64,000 nucleotides of DNA from Eledone cirrhosa. Lineage: Eukaryota. Shown here piece after piece: positions 39,271 to 49,480 of the stretch. The stretch covers positions 101,184,001 through 101,248,000 of the forward strand of contig OZ024740.1 in assembly GCA_964016885.1 (NCBI GenBank), given 5' to 3'. Under the pieces are notes generated by a model. The model had not been told where the DNA came from. It was given only the letters and a program-made list of their open reading frames with translations, and did not search any database. How positions within the stretch are numbered: position 1 is the first letter of the stretch; each line of letters opens with the position of its first letter. A program made the translations under genes and the position numbers.

Positions 39271-41234
39271 ACAAGTCAGCAGCAGTGTAGTAAGTCAGGC
39301 AATCAAAGATATGAAGACAGGGAAGGCAATCGGTCCATCGGGTATAGCTGTCGAGATGCTGAAGGCATCTGGGTTGGTAGGTCACACCATAACCACATAT
39401 ATTGTTAACCATGTAATACTAGGAGGTGTCATACCAAAGGATTGGTGCAGTACCATCATTGTCAACTGCTACAAGGGTAAAGGTGATGCACTAGATAGAG
39501 GAAACTATAGAGGTATAAAGCTGATGGACCAGGTCATGAAAGTAACAGAAAGAGTTATAGCACAGTTGATTAGGGACTGGGTGAAACTAGATGAGATGCA
39601 ATTTGGGTTTGTACCAGGAAGAGGCACCACTGATGCCCTCTTCCTTGTGAGGTAGTGACAGGAAAAGTACCTAGCTAAAAGTAAGCCACTCTACTTGGCA
39701 TTCGTCGATCTCGAGAAAGCCTTTGACAGAGTTCCCCGTGCTATAATCTGGTGGGCTCTTAGAAAACTAGGAGTAGATGAATGGCTTGCGAAAGCTGTAC
39801 AAGCCATGTATAGGGGAGCAGTCAGCAAAGTTAGGATTAGCAATGACTATAGCGAAGAATTTAGCATACAGGTCGGTGTCCACCAGGGCTCTGTTCTTAG
39901 TCCTCTCCTGTTCATCATAGTTTTGCAGGCAATAACGGAGGAGTTTAAGACTGGATCCCCATGGGAACTCCTGTATGCAGATGACCTCGCACTTATAGCT
40001 GAATCTATGGTAGAACTAGAGAAGAAATTCCAAACTTCGAAGCAGGGACTAGAAAGAAAGGGTCTCACAGTAAACCTGTCAAGGACTACGGTCCTTGTAA
40101 GTAAACGAGAAAACAGAACCCAGATTCCCTCAGGGAAATGGTCTTGCTCAGTATGTACGAAAGGTGTAGGTAGGAACTCCATTCTCTTCCTCAAATGCAA
40201 ACAATGGGTACACAAGAGATGTAGTGGGATCTCAGGAAGCTTAACTAAGAATGTAGGCTTCACATGTAGCAGCTGTGCTGGGACAGCAAGCAGCAAACAG
40301 CCACAGGAAACAAGTACCAGCAAACTCTGGGAGGGCTCTGTAGAAACAGTAGACAGCTTTTGCTACCTAGGTGACCGAATTAGCAGCGGAGGTGGGTGTT
40401 CAGAAAGTACAATAACTAGGGTAAGAACTGGATGGAAGAAGTTCAGGGAGCTATTGCCACTGCTAGCTGCAAAAGGCTTTTCCCTCAAAATGAAAGGCAG
40501 ACTGTATGATGCATGTATACGAACAGCTATGTTACATGGTAGTGAGACCTGGGCGCTGTCTGTGGACTTGCGTAGATTAGAAAGAAACAAAGCCTGCATA
40601 CTCCGATGGATGTGTAATAGTAATATATGGGAACGGCCTCACATAAACGAATTGAGAGAGAGAGAATGAGCATAAGAGGAATCAAATGCTGTGTGCAAGA
40701 GAGGCGGTTTCGTTGGTATGGGCATATGATGTGTATGACGGATGACAGCTGAATAAAAAGGTGCAGAGCACTAGAAGTCAATAGAAATCACGGAGTGGGG
40801 AGACCCAAGAAGACCTGGGATGAGGTGATAAAAGCCGACCTTACACAATTACACCTCTCAAAGGCGATGACACATGACCGTGACCTCTGGCATCACGCAG
40901 TAATACAGAAGACCCGACCCCCCACGTATACAAGCCGAAGCTGAAGCATATAGACAATATACCCCTACACCTTCCCACTGCAAAGTGCTCGTAAATGTGC
41001 CACAGCAAAAAAGCACCCAGCCCACACTGTAAAGTGGACATGTAGGCACCACGGAAAAAAGCATGCAGCACTCACTGTAAATGAGGTTGGTGTTAGGAAG
41101 GGCATCCAGCTGTAGAAATCAAGCCAGAATCAGTTCCCATATGAGCAAGGCATGGTCAGCCGACCGGCTACTGCCCACAACAGTCTAACCCATGCTAGCG
41201 TGGAAGAACGGACTAAAACGGTGATGATGATGAT
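39271..41234 (+). mobile_element. RTE LINE subfamily B, 5'-truncated, with stops and frameshifts
   Basis: ORFs 39311-39655 and 39695-40669 align with the 1088-3763 protein (YADD, PHD-like insert); distinct 3'UTR; (GAT)n tail. Confidence 0.95.
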
Positions 41235-41456
41235 CACATGGCGATACCTGCACAGTCTTCTCTCATGCACACATATATATAGGAATATTTCTTCTATGCA
41301 TCATATAAACTGGCTTAAACATAACATGACTGAATAATAAAAATCTCAATATGAAAAACATTTATATATTTCAGTGTCCAATTTAAAAATAGGTCAAAGC
41401 CCATTATACAAGACAATACCTGTAATAGAAAACTTCACATTAATATACAGAAACAG

Positions 41457-41662
41457 GGCAGTATCGGTAGAGTGTCAGACACCCAGTTTCGCGGCATAGA
41501 GTTACGGCCCTTTACGTTCTGATTTAAAATCCCAATTGGGTTAACTTTGCCTTTCATCCTTACGTTGCTGATAAAATAAAGTACCAGTCACGCTCTGGGG
41601 TTGACATAATTGAATTTCCCCTCCCCCATAATTTTGACCTCGTGCCTAAATCAGAAACCATT
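41457..41662 (+). mobile_element. SINE S2 variant
   Basis: Core GCCTTTCATCCTTACG..GATAAAATAAAGTACCAG; flanking TATACAGAAAC repeat. Confidence 0.82.
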
Positions 41663-42599
41663 CTTATACAGAAACCAAATTTGAGACAATGATTTTAATA
41701 AAGTCTGAAGAAGTTATAAGAGTGTGTGTATCAACTTGTGAATGTGGGTCTGTTTATGTTTCCATCATATAGCGTTGAATCCACAATGAGAAACAACTTC
41801 AGAATGAGGGAACAAGTTTTTTTTTATATAGCCTAGCACCAGTTCAGAAAGCTATCATGTTAAAATTAAGATGGTGCTACAAGTGTCTGATTACCATTGG
41901 CTGAAAATAGGATTAATACAGAATCATGTGCTATATAGGAAAAAAAGTATCTATCTGGAAAATAGCTAACAATAAAATGAAAGCCTGATTTCAATGTTTA
42001 AATGTAGCTATATGATGTACAAAACATATATTACTTCATTAGTCATGTATTGTATTCAATAAGAGACAATATGTAAAAATATTTTCTCATACACATGGCA
42101 TTGGTTTTCTATGTGGGTGTTATGTGTTTTGTAAGATATGCAATTCTGGTAATGCAATTCTAATTATATTTTGGTGCTGGTTTGCGGGATATATGAGGTG
42201 TGTGTATGTGTCAAGATGGCACCATATATCTCCATATTCAGTACCATCACTCTCTCTACCTCTAGTCTTCACTCTCTCCTCCTATCCTCTTTGAGGCTTT
42301 TCATTGAAATTTACCTCTCTCATCATTACCTATGTTCCCTAACACCCATATTCATTTTCAATACCATCACTCTACACCACTAACCATCAATTTCTCCCCC
42401 ATGAGTTTCTTAACTGTCATTCACAACTCTCAACATCTTACTTCTCAGTTGCTACCCATCGCTAGCTCTCTCTGTGTCTCCTGCCACCCAACTCAACCTC
42501 TTACCAACACCCACCATGTAGTTAATACTCTCTGTCTTCCTCCCCTGCCATTATATCATCCCTGTTTCACTCTTCATACTCTTATTATTTTCCATCTAA

Positions 42600-42768
42600 G
42601 GTGGTGGATTGGCAGTATCGGTAGAGGGTCAGACTACGTCCCTTTACGATCTGAGTTCAAATCCCGCCGAGGTTAACTTTGCCTCTCATCCTTACGGGGT
42701 CGATAAAATAAAGTACCAGTAATGTACTGGAATAATTGCTGGCCTTGTGCCAAAAGTAGAAAGAATTA
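42600..42768 (+). mobile_element. SINE S2 with 16-bp TSD
   Basis: ATTATTTTCCATCTAA at 42584-42599 and 42765-42780. Confidence 0.92.
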
Positions 42769-43690
42769 TTTTCCATCTAACTTCTTGGCTATCGCACCTC
42801 TTCAAATCGTTATTCCCTGCCCATTTGTTTTACAAAGACAGAGAAATCCAAGGACTCTTTATACATGTAAGGGAAAAGGCAAACCCTTTACAATAAAATA
42901 AACACAGTATATTCTGTAGAGGGGATAGTGATCGAACAGCAACAACACAGAACTGACACTTTAATCTTGGTAAGAACATGACAACTCTAGATGTTGTCAT
43001 GAACAAATGCACCTTGCAGACTCAGTTATGATATTAGTGTTCTGAAAAGTAACCAGTTGTAAAAATCATGTCAAAAATGAAACATATGAGTAGATACATA
43101 TAGGAGAGTAGTAATTCTGCAAAAGAAATAATTCAGGGTGGAAGGCAGAGGTAAAAGGATGATGATGATATATAATAAATAAATGAGCAGAATGTATATA
43201 TGCTAAAAGAGAATAATAAATATGTAATATTTGTGGTTTGTGCAAGGCCTAGTATGGTGGGGCACAATATGGGTCGTGATTGATGAGACAATTGAGGTAA
43301 GGAGTGCCTGATTGGATAACAAAAAAATAAGTACTGGATAACCTTCATTAAGCAAAATAAATTAATGCTTGGAGCATCAAAGGAAGAAGGGCACAATTTC
43401 ATTCAAATTAATTGTATTTGTCATCCACCCACAATCTACCGTCTGAAAGAAGGTAAAGCAAATTACATAATGTAACTAGCGAAAAAATATTTTTATGGTA
43501 TATCATGAGTAATTTTTCAAACCTTTTTGTTTTTTATTGGCACATTTTCATAAATGAAAATCAAGTATATTAAACAGACTGTTTGTGCTATCTTATTGAG
43601 AAAATGAAATAAAACTGGTTTTAAACAGGCTAAAAGTGAAGTTCGTAGATCTTAACATTCTTTCTAATAATAGAAAGTCAATTTCATATA

Positions 43691-43849
43691 CAATAAAATT
43701 CCGTTATAACGAAATTCACGGTGTATAAAGAAAATTCGTTGTAACAAAAAATTCTTTATAACGAGATCGATCTAACACATTGAGCGTGTGGCCGGGGATT
43801 AAAAAAATGTTGTTATACTGAAAAATTCGTTATAACGGAATTTTACCTG
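43691..43849. mobile_element. Tc1/mariner (Tigger/pogo-like) MITE
   Basis: TA-CAATAAAATTCCGTTATAACGAA...TTCGTTATAACGGAATTTTACCTG-TA; internal subterminal GTTATAAC-like repeats. Confidence 0.85.
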
Positions 43850-44136
43850 TATATATAAATATGTTGACGTTCTGGTTAAACAAAATCTTGGAAGATGACT
43901 GAAGAATTTACGTCAATAAAATATAATTTATATATGAGTGTTAATGTTCCATGCGCTTTCCATCATGGCATTTCCAGTAAACTCCCAAAAGGTTGCCGTA
44001 ATTCTTCTTTAATTGTGCTTCTCAGTATGATAGACTTGTTGGTTTCCTTCCTCTATTTCTTTCATTCAACTGTTTATTGTGTGACTCGCGGGTTGAAATG
44101 GCTATTTCAACACGTCTCCCTTGCTGTCCTCCGAGG

Positions 44137-44613
44137 TAGTTTTTCTCAATCGGTGTTCCCCGGAACCCTAGGGTTTCGAGAGAAACAAGGATAAATGGGC
44201 TAATGCATTTTTCGAGTAATTTTTGTTTGATTTTATATTCGTAATTTTACAAAAATGATTATTTTATCAAAACAAATATATTATATTTACTACGATAAAA
44301 ATATAAAAGAAATAGGTATTAATAATGGTTTCTACTTTAGGCACAAGGCCAGCAAATACCCAGTGCATTACTGGTACTTTATTTTATCGACCCCGTAAGG
44401 ATGAAAGGCAAAGTCAACCTCGGCGGGATTTGAACTCAGATTGTAAAGGGACGTAACTATGCTGGAAAGCATGGCGTCCGACCCTCTACTGATACTGCCA
44501 ATCCACCGCTCTTAATGGTATATAATGTATATAATGATTTTAATGCAGGTGCTCCCTGAGACATGAAAACTATTTCAAGTGTTTTACAGGTGTAAAACGG
44601 TTGAGAAACGCTG
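44137..44613. mobile_element. hAT (Charlie-like) MITE
   Basis: Termini TAGTTTTTCTCAATC / GGTTGAGAAACGCTG; degenerate 8-bp flanks CTCCGAGG and CTCTGGGA. Confidence 0.65.
44322..44510 (-). mobile_element. SINE S2 nested in the hAT-like MITE
   Basis: Reverse complement of 35070-35256. Confidence 0.9.
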
Positions 44614-44842
44614 CTCTGGGACAGAGCTTTCTTTATTCTGCCAGCTCAGGTCACAAGGTGCCTTGCAACAGTTCTTTTGCTTAGATAACATTATAAATTG
44701 CTCGCGATTCATTCAGAAAGATATATTCTTTTAATGTTACAATGTTAAAGAAAATGTAAAGGAAGAGATGAATAACAGAGCCAACACCAGAGTAAAAGAC
44801 AGCAACGTCGCGAGGAATACTGGGCAACCTCTCTAGTGATTT

Positions 44843-44997
44843 TTGAGTCAAGCCAGCACAATCGCAGCGTTGCCTCGGGTGATGGCGAGGCTAGTGCACT
44901 GGAACAGCCAAGCGCTCTCGCGAGATTTGCCAGTTACCTCTACTAGGCGAGCCGCCAGTGAAGAGAGGAACCTCTCAGTTAGCGGCCCGACTCACCG
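44843..44997 (-). mobile_element. CRE-like 3' ORF end
   Basis: VGPLTERFLSSLAARLVEVTGKSRESAWLFQCTSLAITRGNAAIVLA*. Confidence 0.82.
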
Positions 44998-45104
44998 CGC
45001 CAGAGAGCGTTCTCACACACTGTCCGATGATTGAGTATTCTTTCTTATCTTGTATTTAGAATTACTGTTGTTATTATTTACAAATTATTATTAGAAATAA
45101 TAAG

Positions 45105-45295
45105 GGAGGTGGTTTGGCAGTATTGGTAGAGGGTCGATCGCCATGTTTTGCAGCATAGAGTAACGTCCCTTTGCGGTCTGAGTTCAAATCCTGCCGAGGT
45201 TAACTTTGCCTTTTATCCTTACGGGGTCGATAAAATAAAGTACCAGTACTGCTTTGGGATAATTGAGGGCCTTGTGCCAGAAAGTAGAAACAATT
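45105..45295 (+). mobile_element. SINE S2 with 14-bp TSD
   Basis: ATTATTAGAAATAA at 45087-45100 and 45293-45306. Confidence 0.9.
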
Positions 45296-45690
45296 ATTAG
45301 AAATAAAAATAAATAATCATTTACTCTCGGGTCCCAAATCATAGAGGGTGGGGGTGTAAAATCGGTAAATATTCTAGGTTGTCTCCGTTTATTTTTTGAA
45401 AAACCAGAATTAGTCGTTTAATTTACATAGTGAGACCCTGACCCATCCTATTTATTTTATAACGTAAGGGATTTCTCGTAATGTACTTTCTTTTTGTCAT
45501 GTTCTTTAATGTATAAAGAAAATTAATTGTCGTTGGAATACTACCACTTAAAATAAATTTTCGCCGGAAATAGATTAGCAAATTCTAATAAGCGAGTGTG
45601 GGGACGATTATTCAAAACCGGAGAGAACACTATTTAACATGCAGTGATTTTTAACATATACACAAAGCCACATACTTCTTGGTGGGATAA

Positions 45691-46614
45691 TCTATATATA
45701 TAAAACTGAGGATGTGTCTGTGTGTGTGTGAGAGTTTGAATCCCTAAAACTCGAGAAGCACCCAACCGACTCTTTTCAAACTTTACACATATAATACTTA
45801 TGTTTCAGGGAGTGTTCTGAGCAAAAATAATTTCAAATTTTCAATGCCCTAGTGACCGCATTAGATGATTTAGCGATCTCTCTCTATAATTCTTAGTCTT
45901 TCTCTTTTTAGATAGATACATACATATAACGTCGTGCCCTTATAATATCTGTCTGTATGTCTGACTGTCTGCATTACGTCACTTCCCCGAGGATGTCTGT
46001 CTGTGTGTGTGTGTGTGAGTTTGAATCCCTAAAACTCGAGAAGTACCCAACCGACCTTTTTCAAACTTTACATGTGTATTACTTATCTTTCAGGGAGTGG
46101 TTATGCACATAAAAGATTCAACTTTTTGATCCCCTAGGGCCCGCATTAGTTGAAAAACTGCGTTTTTTCAGGTTTTTAGGGTTTTTTTTAGTCGTTACGT
46201 CAGACTGATTTCGTTGAAATTGTAACAAATGTATTAGTCAGTCTCTTCTTCATACCGTGAGCAAAGAAAATCCAACTTTTTTATGGTCTAGGGCCCGCAT
46301 TAGGTGAAAAACATCATTTTTTCAGGTTTTTAGGGCTTTTTTGAGGCGTTACGTCGAGCCGATTTTCCCGAAATTTCAAGGCATATTATGCACATAAAAA
46401 AATTCATTTTCTTGATCCCCTAGGGCCCGCATTAGGTGAAAACCTGCATTTTTCCTGCTTCATCGAGGAAAATCTTAAAGATTATCCAGCCATCAGAGTA
46501 TTCGGTTTATTTTCTTTACATATTGTTCACACATGCAGTTTTTCCACGATTAGGTCTGTTGGCAGCCCGCGTTCCAAAATACCTTATCCGTGCAACGCCG
46601 GGTACCACTGCTAG
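45691..46614 (+). mobile_element. Non-autonomous Helitron with internal tandem repeats
   Basis: A|TCTATATATATAAAA start; CCGTGCAACGCCGG subterminal hairpin; CTAG|T end; no TSD; duplicated 5' block (45710 and 45991); repeated AGGGCCCGCATTAG units. Confidence 0.88.
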
Positions 46615-47699
46615 TGGTAAATAAAATCAGCCTCAATACTTGGCTGTAACTCATTTTAATGACACGGGAAGTCACCCTCAGCGTGATTTGAACTCAGAAC
46701 GTAGAATGACCAGAAGACCATAAAATTAGGTACCCCAAGCGCGATTTGTTTTGTCTTTTTTTCAGGTATGATTTATCAGACTTTACAACTAGGTATTCTG
46801 CCTTCGAGTGAGATTTGGCTGTTATTCTTAGCAAGTCGTACACGCTGGCTCGTTATTAATAAATTTTAAGTACGTAGTATAGCGCAACACGGGCAGAAAC
46901 AATTTTCTTGCACGGAAACGATAACATTTATGTTTATTTAAAGAGATGAAATTCTTCGTTTAACCTGTGTAACGTTGCTATTTCCTTATTCTACAATAAA
47001 TCTGAAGCTTCATGATCAAAAATTCCTCGAAGTAATTTAACATGGAAAAAACGTAGACGGAATTTTTTCTTTGTGTTACAACCTGAAATTTTGTTTTCCG
47101 TATCGATTATTCAAAGCAGCATAAATCTTCATTTCTTTCCAAGCAATTTCGAATTTATAAAAGACTTTACAGAATGTTAGCAAGGTCAAGGTTTCTTCTT
47201 GATTTATATTTTAAAAACTCGGAGATTTTATTGGAATTCTTATGTGAATTTGAGTTGATATTATTCTACTTAGTGTGGTGAAATATGATGCAAGATACAG
47301 TCAAATTTAGATGATGCTTCACTATTTACTAAGTTCCATTCTCGAAAGAATCTACTTTGCTTTCATCTCCCAAGAGTCAATGAAATAATTGCAAGGAGTT
47401 TTTTTATGGCTATGCATTCTTCCTAGAGGTTGCTACAGCACTTTATTAAATATACATAAATAACATTACAAATTGCTAACAACGACATTATATTTGTTAT
47501 TCTTTCAGAATAACAAATATAATATCGTTGATAAACACAAATATAAACGCATATAAAAAATACAACCAACCATCGCCAGGAACCCCATGAAAATAAAGCA
47601 CCAAAAGACATGACCAGAGCGAGAGAAAGAAAAAAAGGCGGGAAACGAAAACAACCGTCAATTAACCACCAAGTGCGACATTCGGTCGCACTTCATAAG

Positions 47700-48060
47700 G
47701 GTCAACGAAACACTTTGAGGCAGCCATCTCGCTCGCAACATTATCACGGGTGATGGCGAGACTAAGGTGTTGAAACAACCTGACACCTCAGTAAGACGAG
47801 CCGCTATTTATGACAAGAACTTCACTGTCAACGGCCTAATTCCATCAAACGTTGCGAACGACACAGGCTGAAAAAAATTATTATTAGATAAATCCAGGTA
47901 TTTCCGAATTTTATTCTGTTCGACGACGGTAACAGCATCCATGATGTGGGAGGGAGCAAAAAAAGTCACTGCTTCCGACTTCCCAGATGAAGCACCTACC
48001 TCTTGCCCAATGAGGAAGATAAAACCGTCTGGTCTCTTACATTTTCTCCAAGCTTAAGCC
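47700..48060 (-). mobile_element. CRE-like RLE fragment
   Basis: KRPDG..WARGRCFIWE..D; GIRPLTVKFLS*IAARLTEVSG..LFQHLSLAITRDNVAS. Confidence 0.75.
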
Positions 48061-48108
48061 ATCATTTATATAAATATATATATAAATATATAAATATATA
48101 TATATATT

Positions 48109-48141
<33 letters not shown>

Positions 48142-48431
48142 ATTTGTAAGCATTGCATCATGGAATAAAGACATAAATACTTGAATTCCTCCTGTTTGTA
48201 AAAGACCTCAAATTTATTGAATAATTTAAGATTAAGTGGTGAGTTGTATTTATTAATATATATTTTCAAAAATGTTGTACAATAATTATCATAACCTAAA
48301 TTCACTAAAAGAATGTTTTCCAATTGCAATATTGAGTTAAATATTCTTGGAACACTCACGACGCAAGCTTTAAAGCTAAAATGTCAACATTCTTTAAGAT
48401 TGGGTAAAATGATTCAGCATCATTAAGTTTT

Positions 48432-48577
48432 TTGGCAGTATCGGTAGAGAGTCGGACGCCTTACTTTCCAGCAGGCTGAGTTCAAATCCCGCCAAGTTCA
48501 TCTTTACGGGGTCGATAAAAGAAAGTACCAGTAATGTACTGGATAATTGCTGGCCTTGTGCCAAAAGTAGAAACAAT
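48432..48577 (+). mobile_element. SINE S2 with internal deletions
   Basis: Head, partial core and tail present. Confidence 0.85.
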
Positions 48578-48646
48578 GTTTTAACTGTTGCATTTCAATA
48601 TAGTACGATGAATACTTCTTAACAGAATGAAAATATAAAGACAAAT

Positions 48647-48826
48647 AATTGTTTCTACTTTTGGCACAAGGCCAGCAAATACCAGTGCATTACTGGTACT
48701 TTATTTTATCGACCCCCGTAAGGATGAAAGGCAAAGTTAACCTCGGCGGGATTTGAACTCAGAATGGCAAGGGCCGTAACTCTATGCGTCCAAGCATGGA
48801 GTCCGATCCTCTACCGATACTACCAA
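48647..48826 (-). mobile_element. SINE S2
   Basis: Reverse complement of 8191-8369. Confidence 0.88.
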
Positions 48827-48929
48827 ATACAATTATTGCTAGGAACCTTATAAATATAACGCCCAAATATATATGGTCAAAGCGAGAAAAATCCCAACAA
48901 AATCATCAGTCACACTCAACAAGGACTAT

Positions 48930-49170
48930 CGGACACTTTTCAGGCCACCGTCATTTTCGTACTGGTGACCGACGAAACTCTATTGTCCCTGGTCCCCGCA
49001 CTACCGATTTCCTCTGCGAAATCGGAAAGACGGCAGCCTACCTGAGGATGAAGCCCCGTGGTGCTGGGTGGCTGATACAGTGGGTCTCACTGGCCATACT
49101 CCGTCAGAATGCCTTCGCCATTCTGTCTGCAGGGCACGGCCGAATCCCCACTCAGACAAGTGCATAGAGC
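48930..49170 (+). mobile_element. CRE-like 3' ORF end
   Basis: GPRTTDFLCEIGKTAA..PRGAGWLIQWVSLAILRQNAFAILSAG, followed by a T-rich 3'UTR. Confidence 0.82.
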
Positions 49171-49319
49171 CTGCGACCTCCCTCTTTCGTTATTTTTATT
49201 CTCTTTTTATTTTTCTTTCCTTTTTTTGTTACATTTAAATATTATTTTGTTCAACTTTTTATCTTATAATGATTAAAAAAGTGATATTTATTTCAATAGA
49301 ACGCCAAAACTACACCTGA

Positions 49320-49480
49320 TGTTCCCCTTCCATACACAGGCACACATGTGTATATCATGATTCATGCACTGTTCATTTTCATGACGTTTGTACATTATCC
49401 TATGTACTATACATACACTTTTGATGAGTTGTAGTGCACCTGAGCACTGTACACAATATTTTCATTATTATTATAATATT
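49320..49480 (+). mobile_element. Probable L2/CR1-group LINE 3' tail
   Basis: TTGTAGTGCACCTGAGCACTGTACACAAT followed by (ATT)n. Confidence 0.45.

Larger units (their letters stand above)
44075..44670 (+). mobile_element. CRE-like 3' fragment interrupted by a hAT-like MITE
   Basis: WLFQHVSLAVLRG before 44137; ..AFFILPA resumes after 44613. Confidence 0.6.

Noticed and set aside
46130-46440. Regularly spaced short repeats resembling a CRISPR array
   Set aside because: The spacers are homologous to each other, the context is a eukaryotic Helitron, and there are no cas genes
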